This document shows, piece after piece, positions 23,853 through 32,000 of a DNA stretch of 32,000 nt. The notes beneath the pieces were generated by a model, which did not search any database, had not been told where the DNA came from, and saw only the letters and a program-made list of their open reading frames with translations. Made by a program: the position numbers and the translations under genes. Source of the stretch: Candidatus Nanosynbacter lyticus. Lineage in GTDB: Bacteria; Patescibacteriota; Saccharimonadia; Saccharimonadales; Saccharimonadaceae. The stretch lies in NCBI RefSeq assembly GCF_030253515.1, contig NZ_CP124549.1, positions 360,001-392,000 of the forward strand, in the 5' to 3' direction. The stretch's first letter is position 1; every line of letters begins with the position of its first letter.

Positions 23853-24872
23853 TTACAGCGAAGTTTCAGCCTTTACGCTCGGCCCCATAGTGGTGGCAAT
23901 GGCGATAGATTTGACATAAATACCCTTGAGGCTGGATGGCTTTTGGGCATTCAGGCTGGCGAGGAAGGCGCGGGTGTTTTCCGCCAGTTTATCAGCGCCA
24001 AACGAAACCTTGCCAATTGATAAGTGGACGATGGCCTGCTTGTCGACGCGGTACTCAACCTTGCCGGCTTTGGCTTCAGACACGGCTTTGACGACGTCGG
24101 TAGCGACGGTGCCGGACTTTGGATTTGGCATCAAACCGCGCGGGCCGAGCAGCCGGGCGTACTTGCCAAGCTTTGGCATATATTGCGGAGTGGCGACTAA
24201 GATATCAAAGTTCAATTCTTCCTTATCCAGCTGCTTTAGGAACTCCTCGTCACCGATGATATCAGCGCCGGCTTTCTTGGCAGCGGCATGTTCGGTTTCT
24301 GGCGCGAAAACTGCCACGCGAACGTCTTTACCCGTGCCGTGCGGCAGCGCTACGGTCGAGCGGACGTTCTGGTCGGCTTGGCGCGGATCAACGCCCAGGC
24401 GAACGTGAATTTCAACGCTGGCGTCGAATTTGACCGGGCTGGTCTCAGTCGCCAGTTTCAACGCTTCATCAAGGCTGTACAATTTATTTTTCTCAATCTT
24501 CTTGGCAGCTTCCTGGTATTTCTTGCCGCGGCGCTCCAGGCGCGGACGCGTGATCGGCTTCGGGCCTTTCTTGACATGCACTTCGGCGTCGTCAGACTGC
24601 GGCGTGGTGTCGCCGGCTTCTTTGCGGGCTTCCTTTTCGGCCTTAGCTTCGGCTTCGTCGAGGGCTTTTTGGCTGCGCTTGCCAGCCTTGGCGACGACAG
24701 CTTCGCGCTCGGCGATAACGTCTTTATCTTTGGTATCGTGCGGCTTACTGCTCTCAGGCGTGCCTGCTTCAGCCTCGGCAATTGCCGCCTCAACCTCAGC
24801 GATGGTGTTCTTGTCGCTGACTGCTAATTGTAGTTCTGCTGCTTTTTCCAGCAGCTCGGCTTTCTTGGCCAT
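23853..24872 (-). CDS. rplA: 50S ribosomal protein L1 with a roughly 115-aa A/E/K-rich N-terminal extension
   Basis: The L1 core runs from about residue 116 (KKYQEAAKKI...FDASVEIHVRLGVDPRQADQNVRSTVALPHGTGK). The promoter is TTGCTT (24981-24976), 17 nt, TATAAT (24958-24953). The SD is GAAAGGA. Confidence 0.9.
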   Translation of the reverse strand: MAKKAELLEKAAELQLAVSDKNTIAEVEAAIAEAEAGTPESSKPHDTKDKDVIAEREAVVAKAGKRSQKALDEAEAKAEKEARKEAGDTTPQSDDAEVHVKKGPKPITRPRLERRGKKYQEAAKKIEKNKLYSLDEALKLATETSPVKFDASVEIHVRLGVDPRQADQNVRSTVALPHGTGKDVRVAVFAPETEHAAAKKAGADIIGDEEFLKQLDKEELNFDILVATPQYMPKLGKYARLLGPRGLMPNPKSGTVATDVVKAVSEAKAGKVEYRVDKQAIVHLSIGKVSFGADKLAENTRAFLASLNAQKPSSLKGIYVKSIAIATTMGPSVKAETSL

Positions 24873-24988
24873 ACTAATCCTTTCTGTGGTACAAGCGGCG
24901 GCTCGCGATTTTAGGCAAGCCCGCCTCCCAGCATTGATTTGATGATAGTGGAATTATACCTGAAATAATGCAGTAAAGCAACTAGGGT

Positions 24989-25837
24989 TTATGCTGCGAA
25001 AGTATCTGTGTCGCCACTGTCATGGCGCATTAACTTCGAGAGGAAACGACGGTCTGGGATGACATGAATAGTACTATCGCCATCTTCCAGCGAAAGGGCA
25101 ACCCGTGGAGCTGGCTCGTCATTAGTGTGGTCGGTGATTACACTAAAGCCGGTGGATCTCATGTCGTTAAATTTACTATACGGAAGTCTAATCCCCTCAC
25201 TTGTAAATGTAGACCCTTCACCGGAAAATAATCCGCCCCTACAGAAATCTTCGCCTAGTTGCTGTGTTAATTTTTGGGTACCCCAAGTAATTATTGCAGC
25301 ACGATCAGCAGGCAAGGCGGCATATTTGGCAGCATTTTCTATGTCGAGTATTGTCTCGTGTATCTCAGGATTTGTCGCTTGAGCCGAAAAATAATTCGTT
25401 AGTAAGTTAGTCGGCAGATGAACATCAAATTGGAGAATATTGCTGATTGTCTCTTGGGAGAGTGGAAAGTGATGCGTATCTCCCTGGGAGCGAATGGCCA
25501 GCGCTGCTAGTATTCGCGAACGCTTATTAACCATACATCCTTTAGCCTCTAGTGACAGGAGTTTTCCTTTCAGTTGACAAACAGCCAGTCCATCGCTTTC
25601 AGTAACATTTGTGATCGTGACCGGCGAGCCGATGTAGTCGTCTGGAAAGTGTGGGGTGATGTGCCGCTTGATTATGTTTTCGGGATCCCTATCCGGTGGG
25701 AGGTGCTCTCCTCTCTTCGTTACTTCTGTTTTGGCGGCGAGTGCATGATTAGCCTCATCAACCCCTCGCTGAAAGTTTGGGCTACTCAGTATAGACAGCC
25801 CGTCGGCTATTGGTGAATGATGACGTCTTTCTCCCAT
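24989..25837 (-). CDS. Hypothetical protein (282 aa from the ATG at 25837)
   Basis: The ORF has its own promoter: TTGCAG, 17 nt, TATACT (25854-25849). It looks more AT-rich than its neighbours by eye. No motif was recognised. Confidence 0.5.
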   Translation of the reverse strand: MGERRHHSPIADGLSILSSPNFQRGVDEANHALAAKTEVTKRGEHLPPDRDPENIIKRHITPHFPDDYIGSPVTITNVTESDGLAVCQLKGKLLSLEAKGCMVNKRSRILAALAIRSQGDTHHFPLSQETISNILQFDVHLPTNLLTNYFSAQATNPEIHETILDIENAAKYAALPADRAAIITWGTQKLTQQLGEDFCRGGLFSGEGSTFTSEGIRLPYSKFNDMRSTGFSVITDHTNDEPAPRVALSLEDGDSTIHVIPDRRFLSKLMRHDSGDTDTFAA

Positions 25838-25882
25838 AATTAACCACAAGTATAGATGGGAACACGTTATTCTGCAAGTAAT

Positions 25883-25911
25883 TTGACATACTTGCAATGT
25901 AGCGGTACAAT
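25883..25911 (+). promoter_or_regulatory. Consensus promoter for the 121-aa gene
   Basis: TTGACA (25883-25888), 17 nt, TACAAT (25906-25911), then 9 nt to the ATG at 25921. Confidence 0.55.
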
Positions 25912-25920
25912 TATGTAACT

Positions 25921-26286
25921 ATGAATAAGGCGGAATTTTTAGGTAGATGCAAGGACTGTCCGATTGCTGGGCCAGCTTGCGAGAATGTAGAGAATAGACG
26001 GCAGGCTGCCAAGGAGGCTGCAGATTTAGCCCTGAAGGGGTTGAGCAATAATCCAAATATTCAACTTTTTCGAGGTGACGGCGTGCAGGTTGATGTTGCA
26101 GATCTGGATCCTGAGGTCGTAGGAGAGCTTAATAAAGATCTACGTAGTCAGGTAGCGGGCTGTTTTGATGAGATCGATGAGTCTGGAGATCGCGTATTGC
26201 AGTTTGCCGAGAAGTGTCCCGGTCCGACAACAGCTCAATTTCCGACAAAGACGGGTTGTTTAGTACGAGTGAGGCGAAGGTTGTAA
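25921..26286 (+). CDS. Hypothetical Cys-containing protein (121 aa)
   Basis: The ORF lies downstream of a consensus promoter. It has 6 Cys, including CKDCPIAGPAC. No family was recognised. Confidence 0.5.
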   Translation: MNKAEFLGRCKDCPIAGPACENVENRRQAAKEAADLALKGLSNNPNIQLFRGDGVQVDVADLDPEVVGELNKDLRSQVAGCFDEIDESGDRVLQFAEKCPGPTTAQFPTKTGCLVRVRRRL

Positions 26287-27618
<1,332 letters not shown>

Positions 27619-27669
27619 TTCATAGGTTACGAGACAAGACGTCGGGCGCCTGGTTGGCTGTAGTGGAAA

Positions 27670-28230
27670 TTATTGCCGCAAGGCAACCAGCTGCCCCTCA
27701 TCAGTAAATTTGATGATCCGTGAAGGCATTACCCCCTTAATTTCCCCGCCGTCAACGTAGACAGCCACCTCATCGCCAAAATACGCGGTTGCCTCATTGA
27801 CTGTGGTGGCCGGTAGTTGCTCGCCGGGGTTAGCGCTTGGTGCGAGCAGTGGGCCGACCAGCTGAATCAGCTCAGACAATGCTGTGTCTGGTGGTGCAAC
27901 GCGAAATGCCAAGGTCGCGTCAGTACGTACTAGGTGCGGCATAAAGTCGGGGCTGACCCTGGCAGCAATAGTGGTCGGCCGTTCATGGCGTAGCTGGTCA
28001 TAGATATACCGCTGCTTGGTAGTGAGTTCGGGAATGTTGTCGGCGCTACTAAGCAGGATGATGCAGGATTTGGTGCGGTCACGCTGGCGTACGCGGTACA
28101 GCTCATCAACTGCCCTCGGGCTATCAGCTCGAGCGAGCAGACCATAAATGGTGTCAGTCGGTGCCACGACGAGTTTGTCAGCTCGTAGCGCCTCGATAAC
28201 GGTGGTATCAAGTAAGTTTTTGGTGATCAC
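27670..28230 (-). CDS. tsaC: L-threonylcarbamoyladenylate synthase (TsaC/YrdC/Sua5 domain)
   Basis: The YrdC motif VVAPTDTIYGLLARA is present. The proposed start is GTG at 28230, 6 nt after TGGTATAAT (28245-28237). The track N-terminus (to 28275) is the translated rplK terminator hairpin. Confidence 0.75.
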   Translation of the reverse strand: MITKNLLDTTVIEALRADKLVVAPTDTIYGLLARADSPRAVDELYRVRQRDRTKSCIILLSSADNIPELTTKQRYIYDQLRHERPTTIAARVSPDFMPHLVRTDATLAFRVAPPDTALSELIQLVGPLLAPSANPGEQLPATTVNEATAYFGDEVAVYVDGGEIKGVMPSRIIKFTDEGQLVALRQ

Positions 28231-28245
28231 CAAATGATTATACCA

Positions 28246-28275
28246 CAATAAAATTGCTCCCACGGCAGGGAGCAA
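28246..28275 (-). terminator. Rho-independent terminator after rplK, abutting the tsaC -10 box
   Basis: The minus strand reads TTGCTCCC-tgccgt-GGGAGCAA (8 bp), followed by TTTTATTGTGG, then TATAAT. Confidence 0.55.
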
Positions 28276-28296
28276 TTTTGGATGAATAGGTATAAA

Positions 28297-28722
28297 TTAG
28301 TCGGCGACTTCTATGCCCATTGAGCGAGCGGAGCCAGCAACGATCTTCATCGCGCCTTCGATGTCGATGGCGTTTAGCTGATCCATTTTTGCTTCGGCAA
28401 TTTCCTGAAGCTGAGCGCGAGTGATGGTGCCGACCTTCTCGGCGTGCGGCTTGCCTGAACCCTTTTGAATGCCGGCTTTCTCGCGGATCATATCATCGAC
28501 TGGCTGGCCCAGACTCTTCCACGTAAAAGTACGATCTTCAAACACCTGAATGTGGACGATAACATCCTTGCCCATCATATCTTTGGTGGCGTCGTTGAAT
28601 GGATTGATGAAATCCATCATGTTTAGTCCCCACTGACCAAGGGTCGAACCAACTGGTGGCCCGGCGGTTGCTCGTCCGGCAGGGATGCGTAATTTTAGAT
28701 TACCGATAACTTTCTTTGCCAT
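28297..28722 (-). CDS. rplK: 50S ribosomal protein L11
   Basis: Sequence begins MAKKVIGNLKLRIPAGRATAGPPVGSTLGQWGLNMMDF. Its promoter is TTGTAT (28785-28780), 17 nt, TATAAT (28762-28757). The SD is AAGAGGA. Confidence 0.95.
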   Translation of the reverse strand: MAKKVIGNLKLRIPAGRATAGPPVGSTLGQWGLNMMDFINPFNDATKDMMGKDVIVHIQVFEDRTFTWKSLGQPVDDMIREKAGIQKGSGKPHAEKVGTITRAQLQEIAEAKMDQLNAIDIEGAMKIVAGSARSMGIEVAD

Positions 28723-28772
28723 AGTTTCCTCTTATTTTTCCGTGCGTAACCACTGTATTATAACGAAAATTG

Positions 28773-28781
28773 TGTTAGAAT
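28773..28781 (+). promoter_or_regulatory. Extended -10 (TGTTAGAAT) placed 6 nt upstream of the ATG at 28788; overlaps the divergent rplK -35 box
   Basis: The sequence is TGTTAGAAT-acaagc-ATG. Confidence 0.45.
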
Positions 28782-28787
28782 ACAAGC

Positions 28788-29357
28788 ATGAACGCTCGCA
28801 GCATCAAGCCGGTTCGTCGCCTCGTCAATATGTTTGGGGCGCTCGCTTACAGCCTGTTGATCTTCACCTATGCGGTTATCGTCGGCGCTGGGTTGTTGTG
28901 GCTGGCGCGCAGTGGCTTGCTCATGCAACTCGGTGTATCGCCAGAGGTAGCTCAGTCGACGCCCACCCCGCCCGCCACACCGAGCGATACGACGCCTCGA
29001 GCGGTACCATTTATGTTGCAAGTTGTGCAGCTGATGTTGATGTCGGTGATGACAGTGGCGGTTTTGGGTGTGGTGATAATGCTACCGTATTGGCTGGGGC
29101 GCTGCGGCTCGTATCTGTTGAAGCGCAGTATTCGGTTGTGCCATAGTCGAGTGACGCTGGTGACCCTGTTGTTTGGCAAGATATTGGCGTGTGGCATCGG
29201 GACAGTGCCAGTTCTCATCATGGCGATGTATGATGCTAGGCAGTGGCCGATCGCGGCGGTGCTACTCGGGGTAATTACGGTGGCGCTGGTACTCTTTGCT
29301 GTGCAACACTACCTCGCCAAAAGTAGCGAGGTAGTTGAAGCCAAAGATGTTTGGTAG
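28788..29357 (+). CDS. Hypothetical integral membrane protein (189 aa, about 5 TM)
   Basis: Hydrophobic segments run throughout, and the promoter geometry is leaderless. It lies on the opposite strand between nusG and rplK. Confidence 0.55.
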   Translation: MNARSIKPVRRLVNMFGALAYSLLIFTYAVIVGAGLLWLARSGLLMQLGVSPEVAQSTPTPPATPSDTTPRAVPFMLQVVQLMLMSVMTVAVLGVVIMLPYWLGRCGSYLLKRSIRLCHSRVTLVTLLFGKILACGIGTVPVLIMAMYDARQWPIAAVLLGVITVALVLFAVQHYLAKSSEVVEAKDVW

Positions 29358-29396
29358 CTTGGTGGTGTATCGCCGCACGGCTAGATGATCAGGCAG

Positions 29397-29942
29397 CTAG
29401 ACTTTCTTGGCCTGCAGCGCGTCCAGTTCGACTGGTGTATCGCGGCCAAACATACTGACCATGACCTTGATCTTGCCCTTGACGGCGTCAATTTCTGCGA
29501 TTGACCCGTCAAAGCCCTTGAATGGCCCGTCAATGATGGAGACCACTTCGCTGACTGAGAAATCGATCTGATGCTTTGGCTCTTCGACGCCCATGCGCTT
29601 TTTGATCTTGGTAATTTCTTTATCCGACACCGGTGTTGGCGTGGTGTCAGCACCAACAAAGCCAGTCACGCCCGGCGTGTTGCGGACAATGTACCAGGTC
29701 TCGTCGGTCAGCTTCATTTCGACCAACACATAGCCCTGAAAGATCTTGGCATCGACAACCTTGCGTTTGCCGTTTTTGATCTGAATTTGCTTTTCTTTCG
29801 GCACCATGACGTCAAAGATTTTGTCGGCCATGTCGACGCCGTTGATGCGCTGGCGGATGGATTCAGCAACCTTTTCCTCGTAGCCCGAGTACGTATGAAT
29901 GGCGTACCACGAGCGGGTTGAATCGTAGCGATTTGATGACAT
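29397..29942 (-). CDS. nusG: Transcription termination/antitermination factor NusG
   Basis: The NGN domain WYAIHTYSGYEEKV and the KOW motif GPFKGFDGSIAEID. Confidence 0.95.
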   Translation of the reverse strand: MSSNRYDSTRSWYAIHTYSGYEEKVAESIRQRINGVDMADKIFDVMVPKEKQIQIKNGKRKVVDAKIFQGYVLVEMKLTDETWYIVRNTPGVTGFVGADTTPTPVSDKEITKIKKRMGVEEPKHQIDFSVSEVVSIIDGPFKGFDGSIAEIDAVKGKIKVMVSMFGRDTPVELDALQAKKV

Positions 29943-29954
29943 AATTTCCCTTTC

Positions 29955-30341
29955 CTATTTCAAAATTTGATTAAAACCCCAGTTAAATGCGGCGTCAAGC
30001 AGCAAGATCAGCACCACAAAGATCAATGTAAACACCAGCACCGCCGCCGTCATGCTCCAGGTTGCTGAGCGAGTTGGCCAGCGCACCAATTTGAGCTCCT
30101 GCCATGCGCCCTTGAAGTAGCCAACGTCGCCTGACTTCTTGGCGGATTTTTTGGCCGTAGTTTTTGGCTGTTTTGGAGAGGTAGTGGCTGCTGCCGCTAC
30201 TTTTTTAGTGGTGTTATTGGCAGTTTTTTTGGTGGTTGTGGTTGCTTTTGATGTATGTGGTGACGACTGCTTCGCCCCGTCATCTTTCGCGGTGATGCGG
30301 CGAACCTTCGTCTTTGATCCTGCTGCGTTTTTTTGTGCCAT
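29955..30341 (-). CDS. secE: Preprotein translocase subunit SecE with a K/T/A-rich N-terminal extension
   Basis: The C-terminus reads FKGAWQELKLVRWPTRSATWSMTAAVLVFTLIFVVLILLLD. The ATG at 30341 follows GGGAGA plus 5 nt. The track start at 30353 is a TTG inside that SD. Confidence 0.85.
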   Translation of the reverse strand: MAQKNAAGSKTKVRRITAKDDGAKQSSPHTSKATTTTKKTANNTTKKVAAAATTSPKQPKTTAKKSAKKSGDVGYFKGAWQELKLVRWPTRSATWSMTAAVLVFTLIFVVLILLLDAAFNWGFNQILK

Positions 30342-30359
30342 AGTTTCTCCCAATTTAAA

Positions 30360-30417
30360 AGTCTGCTTCTTAGCAGACTGTCAAGTCTATTGTAGCGTGT
30401 TCGGGCCGTGATTGCAA
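30360..30417 (-). promoter_or_regulatory. secE-nusG promoter followed by a 5'-proximal, terminator-like hairpin
   Basis: TTGCAA (30417-30412), 17 nt, TACAAT (30394-30389), then AGTCTGCT-aaga-AGCAGACT (30379-30360) followed by TTTTAAATT. Confidence 0.45.
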
Positions 30418-30425
30418 GGGCGGTC

Positions 30426-31559
30426 TCATGTGGACGTGGGCGGGTCGGCCAGCTCAAAGCTAAAGGTTGAACCGTGATTGAGCCGGCTTTTGACAGAGAT
30501 AGTGCAGCCGAGTTTGTGCGCCAATTTGCCCGCAACGTACAGTCCCAGTCCGGTGCCGCTGGTCTCGCGGGTTCGATAATCCTCGGCCCGGTAAAATCGC
30601 TGGAAAATCTTTTTTTGGTCAGTCTTGCCGATGCCTATCCCGGTATCGATTACCGCAAATTGTACGACGCCGTTACGCCGGTGCATCCGCAGCGTCACCC
30701 CGCCATGAGGCGTGTATTTGATGGCGTTGATGATAAAGTTTTGTAATAGCTCGGTCAAGTACAGCCGCGAAACCTTGATCACGCCAATCTGCGCACTCAC
30801 GTCGAGGTCAAACCGCAACCCCTTCTCGGCCGCTCGCGGTGCAAACTCACTGTGTAACGTGCTAGCCAGCTCCATCAAATTAATCGTCTCCGTCTCGTCC
30901 GCCGCCCCACGTTCAGCGCGCGATAAGGTGCCAAGGTCATTGATCATTTTAGCGAGGAACATCACTTGATCGTGCGCCGCCACTAATGCTTCATGTACCT
31001 TTTGGGTGTAGCCTTTCTCGGCGAGCAGTCGAGCGTTATCGAGCGCCCCCTCGGCAATGGCTACCGGTGTGCGCAGTTCGTGGCTAACGACACTGATAAA
31101 CTCATCACGCTCCTCTTCGAGGCTTTTTATCTTGGTGACGTCGCGCAGAATCAGCACGTAACCGTCAGTGCTGGAGCTGCCGCCTAAAATCGGCGCAAAG
31201 GTCGCCTCCAGTCGCAAATGATCGCCATCGCTGAGCGGCATGATCAGATCGTCACGGGTGCGGATTGACGGCGATTTGCTCAGTTCTTCAAATACATTGA
31301 TTGGCGTTCTACCGAGCGTCTGCAATTGAAATATCTCGTTAATGTGGTGGCCATGGAGTGTGGCGTTGGTGTCCAGCAGGCCGATCATCGCCGCATTATA
31401 AATCGTAATGACACCGTGAGCATCAGTGCTTAGTACCGCATCGGTCAAGCTGTTTACCAACGTCATCATCTGGCTATGTTCTGGCGCGGCATCCATGTTC
31501 TCGTGTGCATGCTGCTGCTGACTGCGCCTCGTGCGCCACCTGCCCATCCCTTGTTTCAT
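30426..31559 (-). CDS. Sensor histidine kinase (PAS + HisKA + HATPase_c)
   Basis: The H-box is VVSHELRTPV. The N and G boxes are NFIINAIKYT, DTGIGI and GTGLGL. The start was moved to the ATG at 31559 (MKQGMGRW...), which follows TGCTATACT (31575-31567) plus 7 nt. Confidence 0.85.
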   Translation of the reverse strand: MKQGMGRWRTRRSQQQHAHENMDAAPEHSQMMTLVNSLTDAVLSTDAHGVITIYNAAMIGLLDTNATLHGHHINEIFQLQTLGRTPINVFEELSKSPSIRTRDDLIMPLSDGDHLRLEATFAPILGGSSSTDGYVLILRDVTKIKSLEEERDEFISVVSHELRTPVAIAEGALDNARLLAEKGYTQKVHEALVAAHDQVMFLAKMINDLGTLSRAERGAADETETINLMELASTLHSEFAPRAAEKGLRFDLDVSAQIGVIKVSRLYLTELLQNFIINAIKYTPHGGVTLRMHRRNGVVQFAVIDTGIGIGKTDQKKIFQRFYRAEDYRTRETSGTGLGLYVAGKLAHKLGCTISVKSRLNHGSTFSFELADPPTST

Positions 31560-31579
31560 ATGATTTAGTATAGCACATG

Positions 31580-32000
31580 CTACACGTGCGGTGTATGGTT
31601 TTTCAGTGCCGCTCGGTGCGTTTTGTAAGCTGGGTCGATGGCTGCAACCTCTCGCCAAAAGGCGTCGGAGTGATTCATCTGGCGGGTGTGAGCCAGCTCG
31701 TGAATCAGCACATAATCAAGCAACTCAAACGGCAGGTTCATCAGCGCGATGTTCAGGCTAATCGTGCCGCGCGACGAGCAGCTACCCCAGCGGCTCGAGG
31801 CGTGCGTCAGCTTGATGGTTTGATAGGAAAAGCCATGTTCCTCAGCCAGGAATTTCAGCCGCCGTGGCAGGTAACTTCTGGCTTCCTTGCGTAGCGCTGT
31901 GATGACGACTTCGCGAATGCGCTGCTGGATGGCTGGAGTAGTAATGTCGGTGCCGGATGGCAGCTTGACGAGGATGCGGGTGCCGGAGCGCTTGATGGTG
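31580..32000 (-). CDS. YgjP/DUF45-type (M48-like) metal-dependent hydrolase, N-terminus cut by the window edge; absent from the ORF track
   Basis: The reverse-complement frame from 31999 reads ...SRWGSCSSRGTISLNIALMNLPFELLDYVLIHELAHTRQMNHSDAFW...HTPHV, with stop TAG at 31582-31580. Confidence 0.75.
   Translation of the reverse strand, partial: TIKRSGTRILVKLPSGTDITTPAIQQRIREVVITALRKEARSYLPRRLKFLAEEHGFSYQTIKLTHASSRWGSCSSRGTISLNIALMNLPFELLDYVLIHELAHTRQMNHSDAFWREVAAIDPAYKTHRAALKNHTPHV

Noticed and set aside
24873-24946. An L1-binding autoregulatory mimic in the rplA 5' UTR
   Set aside because: A bulged stem, GGCGG(G)CT/AGCCGCC, preceded by GGGAG is present. I cannot verify similarity to the 23S L1-stalk or to known L1 operators from memory, so it is mentioned only as something to test.

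Overview
This is a gene-dense 32-kb bacterial window, transcribed mostly on the minus strand, with about 33 supported CDSs. Two of them are partial edge genes missing from the ORF track: dus at 1-645 and a DUF45/YgjP-type hydrolase at 31580-32000. Housekeeping content: an HTH-Fic protein, a UvrD-type helicase fused to a RecB-type nuclease, a P-type ATPase, nrnA, a MacB/FtsX-type ABC pair, recR, ybaB, dnaB, dnaX, eno, tsaC and a PAS histidine kinase. The secE-nusG-rplK-rplA-rplJ-rplL cluster is present but interrupted three times. Gene content, tight packing and the WhiB-like gene suggest a reduced genome such as Saccharibacteria/CPR or an Actinobacteria-associated lineage; this is inference only. 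I found no CRISPR array, rRNA, transposase or canonical defence system. The best candidates for new biology are RNA-level or small-gene features. (1) A roughly 65-nt structured repeat lies in the rplJ-rplL spacer and occurs twice, in frame, inside the helicase ORF, where the same nucleotides are read in two different frames. (2) One apparent minus-strand unit runs promoter, long leader, an unannotated 48-aa DnaJ-type zinc-finger ORF with a sequestered SD, a D-armless tRNA-like element with a G3:U70 acceptor stem, a roughly 380-nt array of unrelated perfect hairpins, then a terminator. (3) A duplicated roughly 95-bp promoter cassette drives two unrelated small proteins that flank an HxxEH protein. 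(4) A TGnTAnAAT-N6-8-start leaderless arrangement recurs and corrects several ORF-track starts. All functional calls come from motifs read by eye; no database search was run.
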